Positions 7,909-17,960 of a stretch of 39,233 nucleotides of DNA are shown piece after piece (position 1 is the stretch's first letter; the number at the start of each line of letters is the position of its first letter). Location: positions 1-39,233 of the IMG/VR virus record IMGVR_UViG_3300031922_000051. One strand, given 5' to 3'. The DNA comes from a virus (lineage: Duplodnaviria; Caudoviricetes). The notes below the pieces were generated by a model. It had not been told where the DNA came from and ran no database searches. It was given only the letters and a program-made list of their open reading frames with translations. The position numbers and the translations under genes were made by a program.

Positions 7909-9162
7909 TTGACTTTGCCAGAACTTTCATTTTACTCCATAGAACTAATCCGAAACTGTTTTGAAAAATATTTAGAAGGTTATTCTGTTAATATGTTCTC
8001 ATATGATGAATACTCAAAAATTTATGTTTTGAATGATTCGTTAGTTCTTCTTTTTGAAGTAAACAGTCATGAAATCACCTATCTTAATTATCGGGGGATG
8101 AAGAGGGAAGATTTGACTAGTAATAAATATATTGAACCAGGTATTTACGGTAACACAGCATATTCATATCGAATTGTTGAACTTACTTATAACGAGATAG
8201 GATTCAAATATAATAATGAAAAATTTAAGAGAACTGTTGCATCACTTATTGGCGAACAATTTGTATATCTTCCAATTACGTTTGAACGATTTAAAGGATA
8301 TACGAGATTATATTGGTCTCCAGAAAGCCCCACTGACGCAGAAAGAATAAATGAAGAAATTCCAGAGCTAAAACTTAGAGAGCGATATGATTTGTGGGAA
8401 GGAATCCCTTATAATTTCATATATTTGGAGTTCACTACTGCCGATAATGATGTTTCAAAAGCAGTTGCTTATACAACATCAAAACCAGATACTTACATTA
8501 ATATGTTATGTAACAAAATAGTTAAATATGGAAAGTTTTCAGCGGACTTTATTCGTGCAGGAAACGATGGATATAATTGGAATTTGATGCAAAAATCCTT
8601 TAACTCTTGGAAGGGTATAAGGCGAGTTAAGAGATTGGAGGACAATTTAAAATATTTCTATATACAGGAATATTATAAAGAAAATGAGGATGTTTGGAAA
8701 AGAGCAAACATGCTAGTATCAGAGTTTTATGAACATCCTGAAAAATTTACAAGTGTAGAGAGGTCATCGTGGCTAGAGCCTGTAAACAAATGGATATCTG
8801 AAGAGTTGACTTACAAATTAACAAAGCAAATTTATAAGGAGTACCAAGTGATTTACCAAATGCGGCCGTTCTTTTTGCGTAGTTCGATTTCTGGCGGGCA
8901 ACTGTCATATGATGTTTTCATCTCTGAAATAAATGTCGCTATTGAATACCAAGGACTCCAACATTTTCAACCAGTTGATTTTTTCGGAGGAGAAGAGTCA
9001 TTCTTAAAGCAAGTTGAGCGTGACAGGGAAAAACGAGAATTGAGCGAAAAAAATGGAATCAAACTCGTATATATCACCTATGATGATGTGATAACAAAAG
9101 AACTTATAAAAGAAAGAGTGGAAGCCACTCTCTTAAATGATAACTATAATCATAAATTATGA
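7909..9162 (+). CDS. Moron protein with a C-terminal DUF559/Vsr-like nuclease domain
   Basis: SEE...LSYDVFI...VAIEYQGLQH...RDREKR...KNGIKLVYITY; AT-rich; inserted between terL and portal. Confidence 0.7.
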   Translation: MTLPELSFYSIELIRNCFEKYLEGYSVNMFSYDEYSKIYVLNDSLVLLFEVNSHEITYLNYRGMKREDLTSNKYIEPGIYGNTAYSYRIVELTYNEIGFKYNNEKFKRTVASLIGEQFVYLPITFERFKGYTRLYWSPESPTDAERINEEIPELKLRERYDLWEGIPYNFIYLEFTTADNDVSKAVAYTTSKPDTYINMLCNKIVKYGKFSADFIRAGNDGYNWNLMQKSFNSWKGIRRVKRLEDNLKYFYIQEYYKENEDVWKRANMLVSEFYEHPEKFTSVERSSWLEPVNKWISEELTYKLTKQIYKEYQVIYQMRPFFLRSSISGGQLSYDVFISEINVAIEYQGLQHFQPVDFFGGEESFLKQVERDREKRELSEKNGIKLVYITYDDVITKELIKERVEATLLNDNYNHKL

Positions 9163-9246
9163 TAAACAATTCATGGTTTTGTAAGAAACTCTAATTTTCT
9201 TATAGAAAAGCGTAGAGAAGAAGTTAATAATCAAGTAATTATTGAA

Positions 9247-9278
9247 AAGTACTTATCAATCGGTAGGTGCTTTTTTTA
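9247..9278 (+). terminator. Intrinsic terminator after the moron
   Basis: AAGTACTTATC-aatc-GGTAGGTGCTT (G:U pairs) followed by a T run. Confidence 0.65.
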
Positions 9279-9304
9279 TTCCCATTTTTAAGGAGGTGAT
9301 GCAG

Positions 9305-10564
9305 ATGGGGCTATTTACAAATATTTTTAAAGCACGTGACAAACCACAAAATCGAACAGTTGGAAGTAACTATAGTTTCTTTTTTGGTGGAACAACGAGT
9401 GGGAAACCAGTTAATGAGCATACAGCTATGCAAATGACTGCGGTTTATTCCTGTGTAAGAATATTGGCAGAGGCTGTGGCAGGCCTCCCCCTTCATCTAT
9501 ACAAATACACATCAAGCGGTGGCAAAGAGAAAGCTCTAAATCATCCGCTATACTTTTTATTGCATGATGAGCCAAACCCTGAAATGAGCTCCTTCATTTT
9601 CCGGGAAACATTAATGACGCACCTTTTACTATGGGGAAATGCCTATTCCCAGATAATTAGAAACGGGAAAGGTGAAGTCATTGCTTTATATCCGCTGATG
9701 CCTAACAAAATGGTGGTCGACCGTGACAGAAACGGCCGGCTTTTTTATTTGTATCAGCAAAGTTCGGAGGATGCACCTACTCTTGGGAAAGACAGCCAAG
9801 TTTATCTCTATCCATCCGATGTGCTGCATATTCCTGGTCTTGGCTTTGATGGACTTGTAGGCTACTCACCCATTGCAATGGCGAAGAATGCTGTGGGACT
9901 GGCCATGGCTACTGAGGAATACGGAGCCAAGTTTTTTGCCAACGGAGCAGCGCCTGGAGGAGTGCTTGAACATCCCGGCACGATTAAGGACCCTCAAAAA
10001 GTGAAGGAAAGCTGGAATAAGGCTTATCAAGGAAGCGCTAATTCACACCGTGTGGCAGTGCTTGAGGAAGGCATGAAGTATCAGCCGATCGGCATCTCGC
10101 CAGAACAGGCACAGTTTTTAGAGACAAGGAAGTTTCAGATTAATGAAATCGCTCGAATTTTCCGTGTACCTCCCCATATGGTTGGGGATTTGGAAAAGTC
10201 GAGTTTTTCTAATATAGAGCAGCAATCCCTTGAGTTTGTGAAATACACCTTGGATCCTTGGGTGATTCGTTGGGAGCAGGCAATCAGTCGATCCCTTTTA
10301 AGACCAGATGAAAAGAAGATATATTTTTCCAAGTTCAATGTGGACGGCCTGCTTCGAGGGGATTATGTTTCAAGGATGAACGGCTATGCCACTGCCAGAC
10401 AAAATGGCTGGATGAGTGCCAACGATATCAGAGAACTGGAGAATCTTGACCGAATCCCAGTTGAATTAGGTGGTGATTTATACCTTATCAACGGCAATAT
10501 GACCAAACTGGCAGATGCGGGCATATTTGCAAATAAAGAAGGATTGGAGGTAAAAAACGAATGA
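9305..10564 (+). CDS. Portal protein, HK97 family
   Basis: AVYSCV.ILAEAVA.LP, EPNPEM, LLLWGNAY, GL.G.SPI, IARIFRVPP, NIEQQ motifs; AGGAGGTG RBS before ATG 9305. Confidence 0.95.
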   Translation: MGLFTNIFKARDKPQNRTVGSNYSFFFGGTTSGKPVNEHTAMQMTAVYSCVRILAEAVAGLPLHLYKYTSSGGKEKALNHPLYFLLHDEPNPEMSSFIFRETLMTHLLLWGNAYSQIIRNGKGEVIALYPLMPNKMVVDRDRNGRLFYLYQQSSEDAPTLGKDSQVYLYPSDVLHIPGLGFDGLVGYSPIAMAKNAVGLAMATEEYGAKFFANGAAPGGVLEHPGTIKDPQKVKESWNKAYQGSANSHRVAVLEEGMKYQPIGISPEQAQFLETRKFQINEIARIFRVPPHMVGDLEKSSFSNIEQQSLEFVKYTLDPWVIRWEQAISRSLLRPDEKKIYFSKFNVDGLLRGDYVSRMNGYATARQNGWMSANDIRELENLDRIPVELGGDLYLINGNMTKLADAGIFANKEGLEVKNE

Positions 10565-11241
10565 AGAAATTCTGGAATTGGGTGCGTGATGAAGATACAC
10601 AGTCACGAACCCTCTACTTAAACGGGGCAATTGCAGAGGAGAGTTGGTTTGAAGATGATGTAACACCTGCGGCTTTTAAGTCAGACCTTACTGCTGGTGA
10701 AGGGGATATCATTGTATGGATTAACTCTCCTGGCGGTGATTGTATCGCAGCATCACAGATTTACAATATGCTGATGGAATACAAAGGGAATGTAACAATC
10801 AAGATTGACGGCATTGCGGCATCGGCAGCTTCAGTAATCGCCATGGCAGGAACAGAAATCTTAATGTCTCCCACTTCCCTTATGATGGTTCATAATCCAT
10901 TTACCATTGCCATCGGTGACAGTGAGGAGATGCAAAAGGCAATACAAATGCTAGATGAAGTAAAGGAAAGTATCATCAATGCTTATGAACTGAAAACCGG
11001 TTTATCACGAACAAGGCTATCGCAATTAATGGACGCTGAAACATGGCTGAATGCCAATAAAGCACTTGAACTTGGATTTACAGATGCCATTATGTTCAAG
11101 CCAGGAGAAAGTCCGCCACAAGATAGCTTTGTATTTAGCAGAAGAGCAGTGACCAATTCACTTATGGATAAACTTCAGAAACCAGACTTAAAACAGTCAA
11201 CCGAGCCGCTATATGAGCGGCTTAATTTATTAAAATATTAG
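10561..11241 (+). CDS. ClpP-like head maturation protease
   Basis: INSPGGD, IAASAASVI, MMVHNP, ETWLNA..A.ELGF.D motifs. Confidence 0.93.
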   Translation: MKKFWNWVRDEDTQSRTLYLNGAIAEESWFEDDVTPAAFKSDLTAGEGDIIVWINSPGGDCIAASQIYNMLMEYKGNVTIKIDGIAASAASVIAMAGTEILMSPTSLMMVHNPFTIAIGDSEEMQKAIQMLDEVKESIINAYELKTGLSRTRLSQLMDAETWLNANKALELGFTDAIMFKPGESPPQDSFVFSRRAVTNSLMDKLQKPDLKQSTEPLYERLNLLKY

Positions 11242-11253
11242 GAGGAAATGAAA

Positions 11254-12453
11254 ATGAGTAAAATTCTTGAACTGCGTGAAAAGCGAGCAAAAGCATGGGA
11301 GTCAGCAAAGGCATTTCTTGATTCAAAACGTGGCAGTGACGGACTTGTTTCTGCAGAAGATGCTGTTACTTACGACAAAATGGAAGCAGATATTGTTAAT
11401 CTAGGTAAGGAAATCGCAAGACTGGAGCGCCAAGAGGCACTTGAAGCAGAACTTAATAAGCCTGTAAATATGCCCCTTACTGGAAAACCAGCGATTCCAG
11501 GGATGGATACAAAGACTGGAAGAGCCAGTGATGACTACAGAAAGGCTTTCTGGAATGTGATGCGTAGCAAAAACCCTCGCCATGATGTGCTTAATTCGCT
11601 ATCAATTGGGACTGATTCTGAGGGTGGCTATCTTGTTCCTGACGAATTTGAGCGTACCCTAATTCAAACCCTTGAGGAAGAAAATGTGTTCCGTAAGCTG
11701 GCAAAGATCATTCAGACATCTAGCGGTGACAGAAAAATTCCTGTAGTGGTGACAAAAGGAACTGCGGCTTGGCTTGATGAAGGTGAGGAATTTGATGAGA
11801 GCGATTCTGTATTTGGGCAGACATCCATCGGTGCCTATAAGCTGGGTACCATGATTAAAGTTTCCGATGAACTTCTCAACGACAATGTCTTTAATCTAGA
11901 AAGCTATATTTCCACTGAATTTGCCCGCAGAATCGGAGCAAAGGAAGAAGAAGCATTCCTTGTAGGAGATGCAGAAGGTAAACCGACAGGGATTTTTAAT
12001 GCTACTGGAGGAGCACAGCTTGGTATTACAGCTGGGTCTGCAACTGCAATTACTGCCGATGAGATTATCGATCTTGTCTACTCCTTAAAAGCACCATACA
12101 GAAAAAATGCAGTGTTCTTAATGAATGATGCGACGGTGAAAGCAATTCGAAAACTCAAAGATGGACAGGGGCAATATCTGTGGCAACCGTCCCTTACAGC
12201 GGGAACCCCTGATACCCTACTTAATCGTCCAGTTTATACTTCCGCTTATGCGCCAATTATTGAGGCTGGGGCAAAGACCATCGCATTTGGTGACTTTGGT
12301 TACTACTGGATTGCCGACAGACAAGGACGTTCTTTCAAGCGTTTAAATGAGTTATTTGCAACCACTGGTCAAGTTGGTTTCCTTGCAAGTCAACGTGTAG
12401 ACGGTAAGCTGATCCTTCCTGAAGCTGTTAAAATCCTACAGCAAAAGGCTTAA
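11254..12453 (+). CDS. Major capsid protein, HK97 fold
   Basis: Coiled-coil delta domain, GGYLVP, VSDELL.D, KLKD.QGQYLW motifs. Confidence 0.95.
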   Translation: MSKILELREKRAKAWESAKAFLDSKRGSDGLVSAEDAVTYDKMEADIVNLGKEIARLERQEALEAELNKPVNMPLTGKPAIPGMDTKTGRASDDYRKAFWNVMRSKNPRHDVLNSLSIGTDSEGGYLVPDEFERTLIQTLEEENVFRKLAKIIQTSSGDRKIPVVVTKGTAAWLDEGEEFDESDSVFGQTSIGAYKLGTMIKVSDELLNDNVFNLESYISTEFARRIGAKEEEAFLVGDAEGKPTGIFNATGGAQLGITAGSATAITADEIIDLVYSLKAPYRKNAVFLMNDATVKAIRKLKDGQGQYLWQPSLTAGTPDTLLNRPVYTSAYAPIIEAGAKTIAFGDFGYYWIADRQGRSFKRLNELFATTGQVGFLASQRVDGKLILPEAVKILQQKA

Positions 12454-12465
12454 TGGGAGGTGTGC

Positions 12466-12687
12466 ATGATGAGTTATAACACAAAGAATTATACCGAACA
12501 AGGTGGAGAAAAGACCGTAATCGGTGGTGAGCTTGTCATAGAAGAGGGAGCCACAGTAACGGGACTCCCTGTTCTTGAGAATCAACCAGCAAGCACTGCT
12601 GATACCGTAGAAGCACTGGTGACGGATTTTAATGCTTTGCTTGCCAAGTTAAAGGCTGCAGGACTTATGACTGCAGATACCCCTTAA
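12466..12687 (+). CDS. Head fiber/decoration-like protein
   Basis: C-terminal L..DFNALLAKLKAAGLM; directly after the capsid gene. Confidence 0.7.
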   Translation: MMSYNTKNYTEQGGEKTVIGGELVIEEGATVTGLPVLENQPASTADTVEALVTDFNALLAKLKAAGLMTADTP

Positions 12688-12694
12688 GGAAGGG

Positions 12695-13015
12695 ATGGTG
12701 GCGGAGATGACGCTGTTTGAAAAAGTTAAAATGAATTTGATTTTAGAGCATGACCGAGATGATGAACTTCTAAAAAGCTACATCGATGCCGCTATATCCT
12801 ATGCCGAAAGCTATCAGCATTTACCAGAGGGGCATTATACTGAAAATACAATGTCCCCAACTACCGAGCAAGCCGTCATCATGTTATCTTCCCACTTTTA
12901 TGAAAGTAGGGATGGTAGCACTGGCGGCTTCTTTGCTGATAGTGCTTTGGCAGGACAACAGGCGCGGGAAACGGTCAATGTACTCTTACGGCTTGACCGG
13001 GATTGGAAGGTGTAG
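12695..13015 (+). CDS. Head-tail connector (gp6-like)
   Basis: VK.NL....D.DD.LL..YI.AA..YAE...QAVIML.SH.YE.R motif. Confidence 0.85.
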   Translation: MVAEMTLFEKVKMNLILEHDRDDELLKSYIDAAISYAESYQHLPEGHYTENTMSPTTEQAVIMLSSHFYESRDGSTGGFFADSALAGQQARETVNVLLRLDRDWKV

Positions 13016-13018
13016 TTT

Positions 13019-13354
13019 ATGAGTTTTGGAAAGATGAGTACTTATATCGATATCATAACTACTGAAACAATCAAAGATAACGAGGGTTTTGGAAAGACTG
13101 AAGACACAATTATCGCTTCTGTGAGAGCATATAAGGAGGAGCGACATGCCAGTGAAAAGTGGTCAAATAGAGCGGTGTTTTCTGAAGCAACTGCGCTATT
13201 TTGCTTTCGCAAGATACCAGATATCCCAGTGACTACCAAGATGGTGATTGTTTGCAGTGATGGACGCTATGAAATCACAAGTGTAGAAGATGTAAAAAGT
13301 CGAGGGATGTATATTGAAGTCCTAGCAAAAAAGGTGGTGGCGTCAAGTGGCTAA
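13019..13354 (+). CDS. Head-tail adaptor / closure protein
   Basis: Synteny; D.EGF...M.I...DGRYEI.SV pattern. Confidence 0.75.
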   Translation: MSFGKMSTYIDIITTETIKDNEGFGKTEDTIIASVRAYKEERHASEKWSNRAVFSEATALFCFRKIPDIPVTTKMVIVCSDGRYEITSVEDVKSRGMYIEVLAKKVVASSG

Positions 13355-13778
13355 AGTCGATGTAAAAATGCCGGAGGATTTTCTGCTAAAAATTTCAAAG
13401 CTAGGAAACAAGACAGATGAAATCATTGCTAAAGTATTGGAATCTGGTGGAGAAGTTGTAGAAGCAAAAGTAAAAAGCAATCTGCAAGGTGTTATCGGTA
13501 GTGGAACAAAAGAAAAAAACCGTTCCACAGGAGAACTCGTTGCTTCACTAGGTGTCTCCCCTACCAAAATGGATAGGAGAGGTAATTTTAATGTGAAGGT
13601 AGGCTTTAAAGAACCACGAAAAGACGGTGCAAGTAATGCCAAGATTGCCAATATCATAGAGTACGGGAAATCCGGTCAACCACCTAAGCCCTTTTTAAAG
13701 CCAGCAAAAAGAACCTCAAGAAAACCCTGCATCGAAGCCATGAAACAGCGATTTGATGAAGAGGTGGATAAGATATGA
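13347..13778 (+). CDS. HK97 gp10-like tail component
   Basis: TGEL..S, IEYG...QPPKPFLKPA motifs. Confidence 0.85.
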   Translation: MAKVDVKMPEDFLLKISKLGNKTDEIIAKVLESGGEVVEAKVKSNLQGVIGSGTKEKNRSTGELVASLGVSPTKMDRRGNFNVKVGFKEPRKDGASNAKIANIIEYGKSGQPPKPFLKPAKRTSRKPCIEAMKQRFDEEVDKI

Positions 13779-14128
13779 GTGTCTTAAAAGAATTAAATCT
13801 CATAGCAGACTTGTGTAGCATTCCAGTAGAAACAGGTGTGTTTTCCGGTGTTCCACCTAATGTTTACCTTGTTATAACACCACTAGTTGATTTGTTTGAG
13901 GTTCATGCTGATAACACACCGGAATATGAAGTACAAGAAGTAAGGCTTTCGTTGTTTGCTAAAGGTAGCTATACAGCTACAAAAAATTTAATTGTCCGTA
14001 CTCTGCTGGGTGCGGATTTTACGATAACAGACCGTCGCTATATCGGGCATGAAGATGATACTGGCTATCATCACTATGCCATAGATGTGGCAAAAACTTA
14101 TGAAATTCAAATAGAAAAGGAGGACTAG
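13775..14128 (+). CDS. Putative tail terminator
   Basis: Directly precedes the major tail gene; E.DTGYHHY C-terminal pattern. Confidence 0.7.
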   Translation: MSVLKELNLIADLCSIPVETGVFSGVPPNVYLVITPLVDLFEVHADNTPEYEVQEVRLSLFAKGSYTATKNLIVRTLLGADFTITDRRYIGHEDDTGYHHYAIDVAKTYEIQIEKED

Positions 14129-14131
14129 AAT

Positions 14132-14731
14132 ATGGCTACAATCGGTCTTGACAGACTTTATTATGCAAAAATCACTGAAGAAACAAACGGTGATGAAACC
14201 TATAAAACACCGGTGCCATTGGCTAAAGCAATCAGTGCAGAACTTTCAGTGGAACTTGCTGAAGCAACGCTTTATGCCGATGATGGTGCGGCAGAGATCA
14301 TTAAAGAATTTAGAAACGGTACATTATCCCTTGGCATTGATGATATTGGAGTGAAAGCTGCCGGGGATTTAACAGGTGCAACAATTGATGATAATCATGT
14401 TTTGATTTCAACAAGTGAAGATGGCGGTGATCCCGTTGCTGTTGGCTTTAGGGCAAAGAAAGCAAATGGAAAATACCGTTACTTCTGGCTATACCGGGTG
14501 AAGTTTGGTATTCCTGCAACAAACCTTGCCACAAAGGGTGACACCATTACATTTTCAACACCTACCATTGAAGGGACTGTACTTCGTAGAAACATGCTGG
14601 ATGGCCAAGAGAGACATCCATGGAAAGCAGAGGTTAATGAGGGCGATGAAGGTGTGAATCAGGCAGTTATTACTGGGTGGTTCAGCGAAGTATATGAGCC
14701 TACATTTGCTAACGGCGAATCAGGAGAATAA
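14132..14731 (+). CDS. Major tail protein (phi13-like)
   Basis: IGL..LYYA, LYADDG, VAVGF, RYFWLY..KF motifs. Confidence 0.9.
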   Translation: MATIGLDRLYYAKITEETNGDETYKTPVPLAKAISAELSVELAEATLYADDGAAEIIKEFRNGTLSLGIDDIGVKAAGDLTGATIDDNHVLISTSEDGGDPVAVGFRAKKANGKYRYFWLYRVKFGIPATNLATKGDTITFSTPTIEGTVLRRNMLDGQERHPWKAEVNEGDEGVNQAVITGWFSEVYEPTFANGESGE

Positions 14732-14742
14732 GGAGGATTTTT

Positions 14743-15126
14743 ATGAATAAGGAACGCAGTGCTCTGATTAATATCGGTGGACAGAAATATGAACTCATCT
14801 TAACCACAAAAGCGACGAAGGAAATCGCAAAAAGGTATGGAGGTCTTGAAAACTTAGGTGAAAAGCTAATGAACGCAGAAAACTTTGAAATGGCCCTTGA
14901 TGAGATTGTCTGGCTTATCACCTTGCTTGCCAATCAAAGTATTTTGATTAACAACCGGCTGAAGGGTGATAAAAGAGAACTTTTAGTCGAAGATGATGTA
15001 GAACTTCTTACATCCCCTTTGGAACTTGCAACTTATAAGGATGCCATCATGGAGGCAATGTTTAAAGGGACAAAACGAAATATAGAGTCAGAGGAAACAG
15101 ACTCAAAAAACGTTCAGGTCGAGTAA
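14743..15126 (+). CDS. Tail assembly chaperone (gpG-like)
   Basis: Between major tail and tape measure; ends ...SKN with a slippery heptamer. Confidence 0.8.
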   Translation: MNKERSALINIGGQKYELILTTKATKEIAKRYGGLENLGEKLMNAENFEMALDEIVWLITLLANQSILINNRLKGDKRELLVEDDVELLTSPLELATYKDAIMEAMFKGTKRNIESEETDSKNVQVE

Positions 15127-15314
15127 GCAATGAAGAATTGTTTGCTCGACTTATTTATTACGGAGTGACCCAGCTCCACAGACCAGAGATAGAAGTTTGG
15201 CTGATGCCCATTGGAGAACTTTTAGACCAGTGGGAGATTCATAAACAGTTCACCGGCATGGCAAAACCCAAAAGGGAGATATTTATCGACGACATTATTC
15301 CAATGGGAATTTAA
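15105..15314 (+). CDS. -1 frame extension of the chaperone (gpGT-like)
   Basis: A AAA AAC at 15105-15111; -1 frame reads RSGRVSNEELFARLIYYG...EVWLMPIGELLDQW...DDIIPMGI* and stops at the tape measure RBS. Confidence 0.8.
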   Translation, partial: KKRSGRVSNEELFARLIYYGVTQLHRPEIEVWLMPIGELLDQWEIHKQFTGMAKPKREIFIDDIIPMGI

Positions 15315-15326
15315 GGAGGTGGTGAG

Positions 15327-17948
15327 GTGGCAGATAATTTTGGTTTAAAGATTGGGATTGAGGGTGAAAAGCAATTTAAAAATGCCCTTCGAGAGATCAA
15401 TCAAAGCTTTAGGGTGCTCGGTTCTGAAATGAAACTTGTATCCTCCCAGTTTGATAAAAATGATAAATCCATTCAAGCAATAACAGCAAGAAATAGTCAG
15501 CTAAATAAAGAAATAGATGCACAAAGAGAAAAAGTAGCTACCCTTGAAAAGGCATTAGCCAATGCCGCCGCCTCCTTTGGTGAAAATGATAGAAGGACCC
15601 TATCTTGGCAAACACAACTAAACAATGCCAATGCCGAGTTAAATAACATGGAGCGTGAGCTAAAAGAATCCCAAGAAGAAGTAAAAAAGCTCAACAGGGA
15701 AAAACTGGATAAACTCGTAGGTGGGTTAAAACAAGCGGGTGATATTGCAGGGAGAGTTTTAGTCGCAGGGTTAAAAGCGGCGGCAGCGGCTATGGCGGCA
15801 ATTGGAGCTGGGGCAGTTGCCACAGGAAAATGGATAAAAGATTCCCTTAATGTTTATGCCGAATATGAAGATGCCATGAAACAGGTTCAAGCAACCATGG
15901 GCCTTGCTGGAGAAGAGGGTGAAGAAGCGTTTAAGAAACTCTCAGATGCTGCTAAAGAAGCAGGTGCCAGTACAAGGTTTACTGCTTCAGAATCGGCTGA
16001 GGCTCTAAATTATCTTGCCCTTGCAGGTTATGATGCTGAACAGGCCATTGATGCACTACCCGGCGTGTTAACCCTTGCCGCTGCAGGTGGTATGGATTTA
16101 GCCAAAGCATCGGATCTTGTTACCGATTCTATGGCAGCCCTAGGGCTTGGGATTTCAGATATGGACTTATACATGGATATGATGGCAAGGACTTCTCAAA
16201 GGTCTAACACCAATGTTCAGCAATTAGGTGAAGGTATCTTAGTAGCCGGTGCTACCATGAAAAATGCAGGACAAGAACTAGATACACTAAATGTTATGCT
16301 TGGAGTCCTTGCCAATCGTGGTATTAAAGGTGCAGAAGGTGGAACGAAGCTAAGAAACATAGTAATGTCTTTAACCTCCCCTACCTCAAGAGCCGCCAAT
16401 GAACTGGATAACCTTGGGATAAGCGTCAGCGATTCAGATGGAAATATCCGTGACTTAAATGAAATATTAACAGAACTAAATACTGAACTTAGCGGTCTTT
16501 CAGAAGCAGATAAATTAAATGCTTTAAGTAATATTTTTAACAAGCAGGATATCGCTGGTATCAACGCCCTGCTTTCAGGCACTGGCGAAGAAATGAACAA
16601 CCTTTATAATGAACTTGCCAATGCTGAAGGTGCCGCAGTGCAAATGTCTGAAACCATGGAAAGTGGTCTTGCTGGTTCTGTTCGAAGTTTAAAATCGGCA
16701 TATGAAGGACTACAGATAGTTATCGGCGAGCAGTTTTCTGATATGGCGGGAAATGTCGTAGGAGAAGTTACCACACTTGTAAGGGAAGTAACAGAAATTT
16801 TAAACGACGGTTTTCAAGAAGGTGATATCGAAGCCATAGGTGAAAAGATATCATCTTTTTTAATGAAAGGGATAAATAGGATTAGTGAGTATCTTCCTGA
16901 AGTTATCAATATGGTATCGACCATGCTCGCAGAACTTGTAAATGTGTTGGTAGCCTTACTTCCTACCCTTTTACCACCACTATTGGATGGAGCAATTGCT
17001 TTACTGAATGGATTGATTGATGCAATCACGACAAATATTGGTCCACTTATTGATATGGTGGTTTATCTTGTAATGACGGTGGCAGAGTTCATCATAGAAA
17101 ACTTACCCTTGCTTATAGAAGCGGCTATTCAAATAGTAGTGGCCTTGGCTCTTGGCATAGCTGATGCATTGCCACAGTTAATCCCGTCAATTATTGAAGC
17201 CATTTATTTAATCGTAGAAACCCTTTTAAACAATATGGATCAGATTTTAGATGCCGCTTTAAAGATCATCATGGGACTGGCAAAGGGACTTGTGGATGCA
17301 CTGCCTAGGTTAATTGAAGCACTGCCCAAAATAATCAGTGCAATTATTGATTTTATCACCAATAACCTACCGCTAATCATTGATATGGGTATTCGGCTCA
17401 TACTTCAGCTTGCTGTAGGTCTTATAAAAGCAATACCACAGCTAGTAGCAAGTCTACCTCAAATTGTGACTGCCATAATCACAGGCATAGGCAAAGCGGC
17501 TCTTTCAATTGTCGAGGTAGGTAAAAATATTGTGAGAGGTTTATGGGATGGAATCGCTTCAATGGTTACTTGGATTAAGGATAAAGTGAGCAATTTTGTA
17601 GGCGGTATTGTAAGTGGTGTCAAAGGTTTACTAGGGATTAAATCGCCATCTACTGTTTTCGCAGGTATTGGTGATGATATGGCTCAAGGTATTGGTGTAG
17701 GTTTTGACAAGGCAATGGGCAAAGTTTCAGAGGATATTCAAGACGCAATCCCTACGGATTTTGATGTAAACTCAAATGTCAATTTAAACGGCATTGGTGG
17801 ATATGTTGCTGGTATTGCAGGAGGTCCCCTTGTAACAGTTCAGCAGATGATTGTTCGAAGTGAGGATGACATTCGAAAGGTATCGCAGGAATTATACAAC
17901 TTGATGCAAACAGGATCCCGTGCACAGGGACGATTTATTACAACTTAA
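15327..17948 (+). CDS. Tape measure protein (TP901-type core)
   Basis: Long helical A/G/L-rich protein; T.F.ASE.AEA..YLALAG, GIKG.EGGT.LR, LGIKSPS.VF motifs. Confidence 0.93.
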   Translation: MADNFGLKIGIEGEKQFKNALREINQSFRVLGSEMKLVSSQFDKNDKSIQAITARNSQLNKEIDAQREKVATLEKALANAAASFGENDRRTLSWQTQLNNANAELNNMERELKESQEEVKKLNREKLDKLVGGLKQAGDIAGRVLVAGLKAAAAAMAAIGAGAVATGKWIKDSLNVYAEYEDAMKQVQATMGLAGEEGEEAFKKLSDAAKEAGASTRFTASESAEALNYLALAGYDAEQAIDALPGVLTLAAAGGMDLAKASDLVTDSMAALGLGISDMDLYMDMMARTSQRSNTNVQQLGEGILVAGATMKNAGQELDTLNVMLGVLANRGIKGAEGGTKLRNIVMSLTSPTSRAANELDNLGISVSDSDGNIRDLNEILTELNTELSGLSEADKLNALSNIFNKQDIAGINALLSGTGEEMNNLYNELANAEGAAVQMSETMESGLAGSVRSLKSAYEGLQIVIGEQFSDMAGNVVGEVTTLVREVTEILNDGFQEGDIEAIGEKISSFLMKGINRISEYLPEVINMVSTMLAELVNVLVALLPTLLPPLLDGAIALLNGLIDAITTNIGPLIDMVVYLVMTVAEFIIENLPLLIEAAIQIVVALALGIADALPQLIPSIIEAIYLIVETLLNNMDQILDAALKIIMGLAKGLVDALPRLIEALPKIISAIIDFITNNLPLIIDMGIRLILQLAVGLIKAIPQLVASLPQIVTAIITGIGKAALSIVEVGKNIVRGLWDGIASMVTWIKDKVSNFVGGIVSGVKGLLGIKSPSTVFAGIGDDMAQGIGVGFDKAMGKVSEDIQDAIPTDFDVNSNVNLNGIGGYVAGIAGGPLVTVQQMIVRSEDDIRKVSQELYNLMQTGSRAQGRFITT

Positions 17949-17960
17949 AGGAGGGCGGCT

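Noticed and set aside
9242-9304. Longer N-termini in the ORF track (portal 9242; also 708, 4774, 27907, 28649, 31516, 34004)
   Set aside because: These upstream starts run through terminators, promoters or neighbouring genes, while downstream ATGs have strong RBSs.
16860-17640. Periodic LP.II...I repeats in the tape measure protein
   Set aside because: Ordinary amphipathic repeats of tape measure proteins.
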